In this document: positions 36,938-48,373 of the stretch, one piece after another
Numbering within the stretch: the first letter of the stretch is position 1
How the letters are laid out: every line of letters begins with the position of its first letter
Assembly (NCBI GenBank): GCA_051362555.1
Contig: CM120642.1
Span: 15,934,001 to 15,998,000 of the forward strand
DNA length: 64,000 bases
From: Lingula anatina
Lineage: Eukaryota > Animalia > Brachiopoda
Direction: 5' to 3'
The notes under the pieces: generated by a model
The model's database searches: none
What the model was told of the DNA's origin: nothing
The model's input: the letters and a program-made list of their open reading frames with translations, nothing else
Translations under genes and position numbers: made by a program

Positions 36938-38664
36938 AAGTTGGACAAGAGGACACAATGTAGTAATGAAAATATAGTTTCTGCTTTTAAGAATCAGTTT
37001 AAAATGATGTCCTTGAATACATCTGCTTTAGTCTCTAATCAAGTGACTTGTTGTTTCTAAATTTGCTTTATATCTCAAGAATTCACGTAGTCATACCTGT
37101 TGAAGTGCTTAAAGGTGAAAGCAAGGACATCAACCAGGAACATAAATCAGGGAAAAAGTTAGAAAATATGGCATGGGGTTCCATGGACCGCCTAGGCCAA
37201 TGATATTTGGGCCCCAAAAAAGTCAGAAGTCAGCAGATAGTGAGAAAAATCTCCTCCCTGATCAACTCATGGCCTAGGCATCCTTCAACATACAATGAAA
37301 CTGAAGTTTAGATAGAGAGAAACCCAGATCCGTGCCCCTCACCAGTACTGCTTTTATATAGTATTTGCGGTATTTCATGTGACAAGACACTGAGGAAGGT
37401 TTTATGGTATCACAAATATGTATTTTATCCTTTTTTTAAAACTGATTCTGAGAAGCTATTTTTTCACTTCATACATTATCAGTTAGGGGTCCACGAGCAT
37501 TTAAAGAGAATACAGTACACTGTCAATTGTTCCTTGTCATTTAATATTATAGTGATATCATGTACTGGCAACAAGCATTTAATTTTGTGACCAACTTCTA
37601 TTTTTTGAAAATTTATCTTTGAAACTTGTGATCTAATCTTTAGTGTATTGATATACACAGGTAGAGATACTAGTACATATAGATTTTTTGAAAGGGTCAT
37701 TTCACTGTACATGTTACAGACATTACAAAAGGAACTTTATTAAGTGCAATTCTAATATTTTAGTACAAAATTGAGTCAAACTCATTAGTATATTCATACC
37801 TGGTGTTATGATGAACATGTAGTGTAAGAAAACTTAATTTCTCATTCTTCACCTTTGATTTGCATCACCTTGTTATATGTTTAATTTTAATAAAAAGTAA
37901 TGTAAGGTTAGCATGATTTGGAAGAGATATTTGTTAATGTCTTTTAAACTTATTATGTGAAGTTGAAAAACACTGGAATTCTGCATTTACTCATAGGTTT
38001 TTATTCATTTGGTTTTAGTTATGGAAAGGTTTGTTTATTTTAGAAATATACTTTCCACCATTTTCAACTGTTGACAGGTATTAAAAATCAGATGTAATGA
38101 TAATGTTTCAGTGGTTGTTTTGAAGATGAATGATAAACTTTTATTATATTTATAAATAGAATCTTGTTGTTGCTTCAATACATTACAGTGTTAATTTGAT
38201 TAGAAGGTACTATTTAAAGTTTTCAGAGACAGATAATAGGAAATGCCTTTATAAAAATCTGCCCTCTGTTTCAATAGGAAACTCCTTTTCCAGGTTGTTT
38301 CGACACGCTATAATTTACGCTATTCTTTACAAAGGACCGCTAAGATGGGGACTATGACCAATGATTTGTATATCTCACGCCCTAGTCGAATATTTTTTCT
38401 TGTTTGTCTGTTCAACAAAAAGTCATTGTGATTTTTGTGTATGAGAAAATTTCAAAAACCCAAACATATTTAATTATTGGCGACTTATAGCAATATATTC
38501 TGTGAAGGAAATTGTTGGTTTTAAGTGAAGAATTTTGCAGAGAATTTCTTAAGACCTCCCAACATTGGCTAGTCAACATGCAGGCTGTAGGAGGACGGTG
38601 AAAGCGCTAAGTTAGACACTGCAGTCGGTCTCAAAACTACAACAATTTTGTTGTGGAAGAAGGG

Positions 38665-38796
38665 CAGTGGCGGATTTAGGGGGGAGTGTCAGGGGGGTCC
38701 TGATCCTGACCCCCCCCCCCTTCGATTTCTGAGAAAAATCACAACAATGGTCTCCTCTTGAAATTAGAATTTTGACTAGTTGAATCATAGTTCTAA
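38665..38796. mobile_element. Partial copy of the CAGTGGCGGAT MITE family
   Basis: Reverse-complement match to ~28430-28555. Confidence 0.7.
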
Positions 38797-40355
38797 ATAG
38801 TACCAAGTTGTTTACAATGTGTTTATTGTGAAATATGAATCTCATACGAAGAGTTGTTATCCCGTCAAGTAACTGACGTCTCTTCATATGGCATTCAAAA
38901 TGCCACAATAAATACATTGTGAACAGCGCATAAAAATGTTTTAAATTGCATTTTACCACTAAAACGGCGGTTAATCATAATATCCGGATATCGCGAGATT
39001 GCATGGACTGTCACTGATAGCAACCCTCCGTACTTAAACACAGATACTCTTTTTTAAAGAAAAATCTATTATCTTTGAATATCGGAACAGATTCATTAAC
39101 CATTGGTACGCATGGAAAAATAATCATTTACCCCAGGAAAAGTCGTTTTATGTCACCAAATGAAAAGTCATCAACCTTTTTAAGTTGTCTGCGTGTTTAT
39201 TCTACTCCTTGCGAATATTTGCCATTATCAACACCTGGTCATACTCGTTAGGGTTATATAAGAGCGTCGCTTGTCACACGGACAGCAGCATTAGTCAAGG
39301 AGTATGACGAGTGTTGTCGTCCTTTCTAAGATCTCCCGTTGAATAACGCATTGCTCAGTCTTCCAAGGTCTATCCAAAACACACTGGACTTCACAATACG
39401 ATTTTGTCTGATGAGTTGCGTCATGACGCAAATTTTCACTGAATTTGTAGAAGTAAGGCTGTGCTCAGATTAAAAGTTATCGATCCAGCAGGTTCGATCT
39501 ACACAGCCTTAATTAATCTGCTTTTTTTTAAAGTTGCTGTTGTTGCGGTTTCCACACACACACACATACACACAGACACACACACACACACATACGCGAC
39601 TTATATGGGACTTACACGTGATGTGTTTTGACATTTTACGATTTGAATAAAGACCAAAAGACTATCATTTTAATTACTTGAGACATACAGTAAACAACCA
39701 ATGTAGACCAAAATAAGTGTTGTTGGTAATAAACAATATGGCGATTAAATTTTTCGTCCTTCAAGGAACTTCGTGATAAGCGTTAAATTTTGAACACATT
39801 TTGAATACGAAACTGTTGCAATTTGCATTATATTTTCCAACATAAAGATTACTGCAAACCAATGTCATTTGGTGGCTTCTATTTTCTAACTGCAAATTCA
39901 TTTTCTCTCTTTTGCTATTGATTTCGTGCGTGTTTAAATGGCTCACGTATTTCATAAAAATAACAAAGCATGCCAAACAAATCTCGTGTAATTTTATCCC
40001 AAAAATAACTTCAATATACATAACAGTTGTGACTTGCGGATGTGACTTACGGTGCGTATTAAATTTATTAATGTAAACCGTTGCTTCGGCCGTTGTGATC
40101 AACGATAATAATAATGTGACTAACAATAACAATAACTAAAATATACATTATATATCAACCTGACTCGCTGATGTGGCATGAGTGCGCCCTTTTCGGAGAA
40201 ATGCTACCAAAGATGTCGTGACAATCATACGAAAGAGCTCAAATTTGAAACTCGTGCAGTTGGTATACTGATCGCAGAGCTACATCAATATGTCTGACAT
40301 GTCTTACATATTACTTTACTAGTATTACTGGTACAAGTTTTTAATGTTAATTGAG

Positions 40356-41729
40356 TCATTTCAATTTTAGAATTTTCAAGTAGGCCGCCTTGAATTTTGC
40401 ATTCATGATCCCATAAATCAACGGATTAATCGCGGAACTTAAAGAGATCAACACTATAGCTAAATTAAAGAGGATATTTGGAATAACACTGTCAATATCG
40501 AAGTGATTCTCTGTGGCTATTATAATAGGATATGGCAGGTACAAAGTCGTGAACCAGATAAGCGTGATGGCCGTCATTTTGGCGACTTTCAGTTCCATCT
40601 TACTAGTCGGGCCTTGGTTGATCCATTTGCTGCGGATTCGTGCCGTCAATTTCGGGTTGGGAACATTGCCCTGTGCGCTTTTCCTCGATGTGGTGTTGTC
40701 CTCACCCCAAGCTACGGCCGGGGAGGGACGCTTCATTTCACCTTGGATCCGTTGGTCAGCGGCGCCAATCTGAGACGAACCTTGGCCGTGATTCCCCTTG
40801 CTATCTCCTGGCTGTGACAGTCCTACTTGTGAAGAGAGGGTTTCCCCGTTGATTTTGTTGGACGTGTTATCCTTCCTGTCCAGAGACTCTGTTTCATATT
40901 CATGCGTTTTAGACGATGTTCCTGCAATGGCCGCATCTGGAGCCGCCGGGTGCAATGTCGCAGGCACGTTTGGCAATTCGTTGGATTCCATCTGGGGACG
41001 GTTTCTGCCTATGCCGGTACCATTACTCCCTGCGTTACCGTACGGTCTGAGTTTATTTTTCTGTTTTCGAACATGTCGGAAAATTCCGAAGTAACAGCCA
41101 TACGCCGTCACTAGGCAAATGGGAATGTGAGGAGACACCACATACCGAGTGAACTGCTCCATAGAAATATTGGCCCTGCACTCCACGCCTGGCGACCAGC
41201 TGTTCCAGCCGAGAAAAGGGGGGCAGAACATTAGCATGACGTACAGCCACAGAGAAGCGATCCCGAGCCCCACCTTTCTGGTTGACATCAGCTTCAGGTA
41301 GCTCTGACTCCAGCATATTTTTATGCATCTCTCAACAGCGATCAAAAGTTGGTGAAGAAATGAAATGGAGTTCAAGGCCCCAAACGCTGTTATTTTGCCC
41401 AGGCAAAAATATTTATTAAAAGACAGGTGGTGTAAAGAGTCCACGCTAGTGACCAGGTAGGCTGAGACGATGTGATAAGGCATCCCCACCAGCCCGGTCA
41501 ACAGGTCCACGGCTGCTAGGCTCACAATAATGGTGTTTGTGTTGGTTCGCAGCCCTTTGAAGCGATAAAAAGCAAGAATCGTTAAGACATTGGCTAGAAT
41601 GGCGATGATGGCTATGGCACCCTCAATAACTATGTAAGGAATGCATTCTCCGCCTTGGCACGATCTTTTCGCTGCTGATGTTGCGTTGGTAAAAAGATCT
41701 GTTGAGGTATTACGCTGTGTGTCTTGCAT
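40356..41729 (-). CDS. Intronless class A (rhodopsin-family) GPCR, adenosine-receptor-like, ~457 aa with a long third intracellular loop
   Basis: Seven hydrophobic segments; TM1 YIVIEGAIAIIAILAN, TM2 SLAAVDLLTGLVGMP, ERC at the DRY position, PFLGWN, NPLIYG. The ORF track starts at GTG 41741; the first ATG is 41729. Confidence 0.9.
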   Translation of the reverse strand: MQDTQRNTSTDLFTNATSAAKRSCQGGECIPYIVIEGAIAIIAILANVLTILAFYRFKGLRTNTNTIIVSLAAVDLLTGLVGMPYHIVSAYLVTSVDSLHHLSFNKYFCLGKITAFGALNSISFLHQLLIAVERCIKICWSQSYLKLMSTRKVGLGIASLWLYVMLMFCPPFLGWNSWSPGVECRANISMEQFTRYVVSPHIPICLVTAYGCYFGIFRHVRKQKNKLRPYGNAGSNGTGIGRNRPQMESNELPNVPATLHPAAPDAAIAGTSSKTHEYETESLDRKDNTSNKINGETLSSQVGLSQPGDSKGNHGQGSSQIGAADQRIQGEMKRPSPAVAWGEDNTTSRKSAQGNVPNPKLTARIRSKWINQGPTSKMELKVAKMTAITLIWFTTLYLPYPIIIATENHFDIDSVIPNILFNLAIVLISLSSAINPLIYGIMNAKFKAAYLKILKLK

Positions 41730-44458
41730 CTTGTCATTCACACTTACAAAGTCCTCACTAACACGACTTTAACTTCCACAGTTTGACTTACTACGAGGGA
41801 GTGATGTATATTGAAATCGATCAGGTTTCCCTATTATGCGCCCAGCCTACGTATATTCTTTAAGAAACTTGTCTGTTCAAAACACACGGAAACATTGTCC
41901 AGCCTCACACATAATTATAAAGCGTCAAAACCGAAAGGATCTTCCTGACGTGTATTTGAATAAGCTATAATTGCTCCATCTACACTCGTGCGCGTTCGTA
42001 AAACGTAGGCTACCCACAAAACTCTGCCAGCACTCCCATTTCTATTAATTTTAGTACCAGTAACACGTATAGATTCTTCAAAATCTGCCTTTTTCATAAT
42101 TTGACGGTTAATATACAATATGTTGATAATTAAAAATAGAGCAGAAAAGAAGTGCACACCAATGCCTTGTCTTTTTGAGTGCCCCTCCAAAGATAATTAT
42201 CCTTATACTTGTTACTAGAGGCTGTTGCTATATGTATATATATATATATATGCACGCAACAGCCACAAGTGCCGACTTCTTAGAAAAAATCATCAGACTA
42301 TTTCCTTGGAGAAATTACCCAGTATGTACAAATGGTAAAATGTGTTCAACGGATAGCTCCTAATTATGAAAACTCAATCGTGTTTTCAAATCGAACCCAA
42401 CTCGCAGCAAACGTCATTTTCAAGATATGACGTAATTTCAAATGTAAATGATGCAGAGAATCCAGTGTCTCAGATCCCCTCACGTGTTTACCATTAGACT
42501 AGCACATGGACACGTGGCGTTTATGACGACAGTAAAGTATTTATGAAAACAAAATTAGACATTAGACGTCTCCGATATTAGGGTTCGTACGAGGTACTGG
42601 CAATGTAATTTTATTGTATTTGGTCCAATTTTATCCCATGGGGTTGTTTAAAAATACTTCCAGTTCTAAGAAATCAGGATAGCTTAAGGGGTGTTGCGGC
42701 ACAATTACATTTTCCTGTTGCTCATTGTGTCAGCTGCTTCATCATGTGTAAAGTACGAAGGGTCCTTCAGGGAGTCAGTCTCCAGTGTGGCATGCTTCAC
42801 TGGTTCACTGTCTCCTGTGGCTTGCTTGTTAGAAGTGCTGTGTCACGCTACCTGTTACAACGCCACTCGTGAATCCTAGCTTCCGTTAACCCCTCACGCA
42901 AGGACAATAACTAGGAATACGGCACTTCGAGGTTCAAGAGTTGTAGTTTCAGCATCTACTCAAAAAAAGCCCTAATACTGACTGGTATTTTAATACTGAT
43001 ATTTAATATCTTACTAAACACGATAGATTAGGCCGATATTTATTGGAAAGGATTCTAGCATCATCATAAGCCTATAAACTTTGAAACTGCAATTTGTACG
43101 CCTGCACTTCGTTCACAACGCCTGTAATTATAGACTATTAGTCGTTATTGGGCACAATAGTGATCGAATTTATTTTGCCCATTTTAGCCTTTCTTTTAAA
43201 TATATATTTATTACTAAAACTCATTAGGCAACCTTACCTGTTGTCTTTTCATCAAAGACAACCAATTACATACATGACATTGCTCGATTGCCTTCACACA
43301 TTAATTTTAAAGATATAAACTGAAGATCGCCGAGCACGGAAATAAATACAAGATAATATAATACGGCGAAATGCATTCGCTTTATCCACAATTTCTTTCA
43401 TAAGGGAAGACCTTTTATAACAAGCGTCTTGTCTCAAATTCGCTTTTTTTTTCTTAAGAGAAACAACATTATAGGTGTACGCTTTCAAGATTTCTATAAA
43501 AAGAATCTTTTACATATATACTTATACTGAAAAATAAGACAGTGTGCGCCTAATTAGATCATAAAACAAAACAAGATGTAAAAAGTGGATAACCAAGGTG
43601 AATATCCCCGATATCTCATTGGCTTATTGCGGTATATTTAGAATGAGAAAGCATTTTGCGAACGTTTCGTGATCAGAAAATTTCCTCGCTTCCGTCGTCT
43701 ACCCAGTGCTTCTCTCTGATTCAGACAAGGTGTTTGTCAAGCCAGAGAGTATTAACTTGGACTCGTATAGAATGTGCCCCTGGAAATGTATCGACGGGCT
43801 TAATTACAACATGGCAATTCCATTTAATAATACGGCAACTTGAGTCTTTCACTTAAACGAAAAAAATCCCTTTTTTTATTAAAAGCCGGTGGCCAATTAC
43901 ATTCTAGCAGCGCTTTCCGTGATCAAATAACACTCTTATCTCCACTTACTGAATAGAACATTTTCACCGGAATAGTTATCACATCACAATAAGGGCTTGA
44001 TAACGTGAGAATGAAAAGTCAAGGCGATAATTGCTGCTGTATTGTGAAATTACTACATGAGCTCTGAGAACAACATGGAAAAGATCGGTATAGTAAGAAA
44101 ATGTTATCACTTATAAAAGCACAATCATGAACTAAGTAGCAAACTGACAAAAGTACAGACACCAAATACCAAAGAAAAAAATTAAAAAATAATCTCATTG
44201 TGCCCACTTTAGAAAGGGACCGTCGAGAAAGATTGAAGTACGATTCATCAAAGGTGACAAATACGTATACCAAAACAGCAAAGAAACCAAAATATATTTA
44301 GACAATCAAAAATCTTAATAAAAATCCTATCTAGTCAACTTTCTAGAGGAACCAGCTTTTAAATGTCTTTACTAATTTAATGAACGATTCTTTCTTTCTT
44401 TAACAAAGCCGCTGGGCAAATTTGAAGTTAAAAAATGGTTTGGTACTGTGTTGAGCAT

Positions 44459-44459
<1 letters not shown>

Positions 44460-44499
<40 letters not shown>
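44460..44499. repeat. Poly-A tract (~40 nt)
   Basis: Direct reading. Confidence 0.9.
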
Positions 44500-44501
<2 letters not shown>

Positions 44502-45486
44502 GGTAGCTGATCAAGCCAATTTTCAAAAGGAAGCTGTAAGACAAAATACACGCGAAAAAATCAATAAATTCACAAGGAATTTTTTTAATCAAACAAAGCT
44601 ACCCAGTAAATTTAAAGCAAAACGAGAATACAGTGGGAGATGGGCTGTAATAGTACACTGAATATACCCACCCCTTTTCCCACTTGCCCATTTCAAGTTT
44701 TCAAAATTTTGGGGTCACTTTTTATTCTAATATACCGAGAAAATGGACTTTCAGAAGACTTCTTTAGACTAAGAATGTTTTCAAATTGTCACATAATAAC
44801 TGTGGTTGGCAAATTGTCACATAATGACTGTGGTTAGCAAATGTTAAGGGAACCTTAATCGTCACTTGTCACCAGCAGGTGTAAAGATTTGTTGTCATAG
44901 CAATGACATTTTGGTCTGTCGGTTTAGACAGGTGGCTGAAGAATGAGGCAAAAACTGTACATTACATTCTTAGTTTTCTACCATTCTTGGCAGTCCTTGC
45001 TAAGTATGATTTTGATCTTCAGTCCTTTGTTAAGGAACTATTGTTCAGAATATGGAGAAATCAATGTACACGAACTACTGGTAACAGCAAACTTCTTTAT
45101 TTATGAAAATATGTTAACTTTTCAACAAAATCATATAAAGACTGACATAACAAAAATATCAGAATGCAGTACACATTTCTGCTTATGTACTAATTAATGT
45201 ACGTAACAGTACACAAATATAAACAAACATAAATACTTAGATAAATATCAGATACTTCATGCTCAGCAATAAATGTGAAGTCATCTGTTTATAAGAATAA
45301 AAATAAATTAAACTTAAGTTTTACCTGTATTTAATTGTTAAGAAATAAGAAGTTATCTACTCCCAAGTATTTTATGCACACAATTTAAGAAAAAAAGATG
45401 GACAACTAGGAACAAAGACCTGGCAAACATGCTACTCCTCCCTTTCACTCCTCAGATTACATATAACAGCTTCTGCTTCTGTCTCA

Positions 45487-45507
45487 TCACTTCTTACCAC
45501 TGAAAAA
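45487..45507 (-). CDS. DDX11: DDX11 terminal coding exon (FFSGKK stop)
   Basis: ttcag acceptor, TGA stop; AATAAA on the minus strand near 45100. Confidence 0.78.
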   Translation of the reverse strand, partial: FFSGKK

Positions 45508-46934
45508 CTGAAATCAGAATGAGAAAAAAATTAGCATCAATGATAATTAACTATGCTATTTCATATCACGATATATCTCACAGACACTCTGTGGAGACAG
45601 AATAGAAGAAAACCTCTATGAGATGCCTGCAAAAAATAACGAAAATCAAAAGAAAATAGATTTCCAGTCCTTGTACCTACTGGGTCTTCAAAAGGCACAT
45701 GGTCTATTAAAAATAATAAAAATAAAAATAAAGACAGGAAAGTATAGAGAAAGTCTTAATATGACTGGAAGGTGGTGATGCTATCTATACTACTAGAAAT
45801 TCAACACAGCTTACTAAGATTTTCTTTTATTACTTAAATGTAAAACTGCATGTACTACATTACATTTTTTTTTTGCAAGTAATATTTTTCTTTTGTGAAT
45901 GAATGAATGAGGGGAAGGTGTCTCTTTTTATCATTGAGTAACAAATGCCTTGTATATGTTTATATGAAATTGAAAAAATTAACTGTACACTGCATCTGTT
46001 TTACAATTTTATCTTTTTGCCTTATCTCAGTAATGCTGCAAACATGACAGGGCAAACAACAAAGCAATCTTTTTACAACAATAATCTGAGTATCTGATTC
46101 CACAAATGCATACAGTTACCTTTCTAATGGCTGCGTAGGCACTGCCAAATTTGTCCATCTTCTGTAAATCCTTTGCTATCCAGTCTGGCAGCTGACTGGA
46201 CACAGATGGCCGCTGGTACCTCTGGTCAAGTAACAAGATTGTGGCATAGTCAGCAAGGTGGCGAATTGCACGACCTAGAAAGTAAATAATAAGTGGGTGA
46301 AGCTGGGAAAGTTAATTGACATATATGGAATATAAATAATTATTGAACTATACAGACTATGACCCCATTCCCATAGACACCATCGGTCTATGTAAATCAA
46401 CCCAACTCTGCAGGGACTCTGGCTGAGTGCAATCAGCTTAACCGAATAACACGCCTCCTCGAGTTTGCATGTACTCGTATAATCACCAGCTTTTCTGTAT
46501 TCTATATTTAATGCCGGAGAAGGCCTTTTAATCTGTTAAACTGATTGCATTCAGCAAAAGTCCCACCCACACTAATTCTATATGCATGGGGCAAATGATT
46601 ACTAATTCTAAAAGCCATGAATGACACACACAGTTCAATCTCTACTTCTTTTATTTTTCTGGAGAAATTCTGGTGCACATGATGTTATTTGGTTTGCATA
46701 CAAAGATAAATATGTCATCTACCTATGGACTGGTTAACTGCCTTCATACAGAGATTCTCATAGTGTTGCTGGCCTGCAGACTTCCCATCAAGTCCTTTTG
46801 GCTTTATAAAGAAAGCAAAGACTGGTACAGGCTTACATGATACACTACATACAGATATGAAGAGTCTTCATAAGATTAAATATGAAAATTTTGGTAATCT
46901 GAACTATTTCATTCACACTTTAGACTTACATTTG

Positions 46935-47013
<79 letters not shown>

Positions 47014-48087
47014 TACCACATTTGCATTGAGATAGTCCATTTTCTCCTTGAGTTCTGGTGACCTTATGTTTGGATATGGTAGACCCACCATTACAATACA
47101 CCTGACATGCAACAAATACAACATGAAAACACTGAAAGCATTTCACTTATCAAATACATTAAAAACTTGAAAATTAAGTGGGTCTTGATAATTTTGGCCA
47201 AAGACGATTCTTCACTGACACTTTTTTTCACTTAAAAAATTTCATCAAAATTGATAATGGGAATCTCGATAATTTTGAAATGTTTTAAGACCTAATATGG
47301 CTGTGTTGGATTCAAGCATTTAAAAAAATTACTAGTAATTAAGTTTTTAGTGCTGAAACTTTCAGGTTTTTACCATATAATTGTTCAATTTTACAAACTT
47401 AATAGAACCATTGTGGTTATTGGCACATTTATAATCAAACTGTATTATAAGACTCAATCGGTCAGAAATGTCACCCTCAGAGGCAACCAGTCACCAAGAT
47501 GAGGGGCAATAATGCTAAAAATAAAAATAAAAATAATAATAATAACAATGAGCTTTACCTGCCCAGCTGATCAGAGAAATTAATGCCCTCACTCATCTTG
47601 CCTCCTACAACACAGAACAGCACAGCTCCTGAGACAGCTGTGGAATTATAGATACAGTTGGCATACTCTGTTAGAGTGGAGTCCACCTGGTTGGCTTTCT
47701 TTGGCTCACGGAATATCTGAAAATATTATCTTTGTTGCATTATAAAATATCAGAAAGAGGTAAATAAATCTCATAAAACTGTAATAAAAACAATGTTATT
47801 AATATTATATGATAAGAATTAATGGAATCAGACAATTTGTTAATTATTTTTTAATGTGGTTTGTGGTTCTGACACAGTTCATTTATTTTTGGTCTAATTA
47901 CTGTGTAAGTAAGAATACTTAAAGGATAGTCAACTACCTTCTTTTTAGCTGCAATCCTGGCTAGACACCCTGACTTCTCCCAGTAAGTATACACAAGTTT
48001 CTCATAGTCGTAAGAAGGGAAGAAACAAACCACACCCCCGGGAACTAGGGTGCATACATTGCAGAGCACCCTGCCTAGCTCATCAAG
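45487..48087 (-). CDS. DDX11: DDX11/ChlR1 Fe-S DNA helicase, 3' portion, 6 exons (48087-47938, 47716-47559, 47101-47017, 46801-46723, 46274-46120, 45507-45487)
   Basis: [81 protein letters not shown]; GT-AG introns are phase-consistent. Confidence 0.95.
46120..46274 (-). CDS. DDX11: DDX11 exon ([11 protein letters not shown]...AAIRK)
   Basis: tctag acceptor, AAG|gtaact donor. Confidence 0.93.
46361..46565. mobile_element. Truncated family B MITE in a DDX11 intron
   Basis: Starts GACCCCATTCCCATAGACACCATCGG, homologous to 17470-17723. Confidence 0.75.
46723..46801 (-). CDS. DDX11: DDX11 exon ([26 protein letters not shown])
   Basis: taaag acceptor, G|gtagat donor. Confidence 0.92.
46938..47010. 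repeat. Compound (TG)n(AG)n microsatellite next to a DDX11 donor
   Basis: Direct reading. Confidence 0.95.
47017..47101 (-). CDS. DDX11: DDX11 exon ([28 protein letters not shown])
   Basis: gtcag acceptor, GTG|gtaaga donor. Confidence 0.93.
47559..47716 (-). CDS. DDX11: DDX11 exon (IFREPKK...[11 protein letters not shown])
   Basis: ttcag acceptor, AG|gtaaag donor. Confidence 0.93.
47938..48087 (-). CDS. DDX11: DDX11 exon ([10 protein letters not shown]...AAKKK)
   Basis: tacag acceptor, AAG|gtagtt donor, 150 nt. Confidence 0.93.
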
Positions 48088-48127
48088 CTGTAAACAAAAA
48101 ATAATAGTTAACTTTTCATAAAAAATA

Positions 48128-48373
48128 GATTGGGTTCCCACACATAGATTGATCTAACAGGATCAATTCATCTCCACCAGGTTTCTTGCTGAATTGCTTT
48201 CAGCTTAAGCAGCTTAGATATCTACTACAACTCCTAAACGATAATTAATTACTCCCTAATAGCTTCAGTGGGCGACAGACATCTAAGCCCCTTAAGTTGA
48301 TTGCAATTTAGCGAGAATCCACTCGAAGATAGATCGATACACAGTTAGTGTGATAGGGCTTGGGAATGGTCCC
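48128..48373. mobile_element. Harbinger-like MITE family A, TSD ATA (DDX11 intron)
   Basis: Collinear with 15243-15495; ATA on both flanks. Confidence 0.82.

Noticed and set aside
39761-40132. 123-aa ORF with a signal-peptide-like start
   Set aside because: Non-ATG start, AT-rich low-information sequence in the presumed GPCR 3' region
40503-41328. Several ORFs overlapping the GPCR
   Set aside because: Antisense or alternative-frame shadows of a GC-richer coding region with no recognisable motifs
44460-44499. Poly-A as a retroposon tail
   Set aside because: No SINE/LINE body, pol III boxes or TSD recognisable
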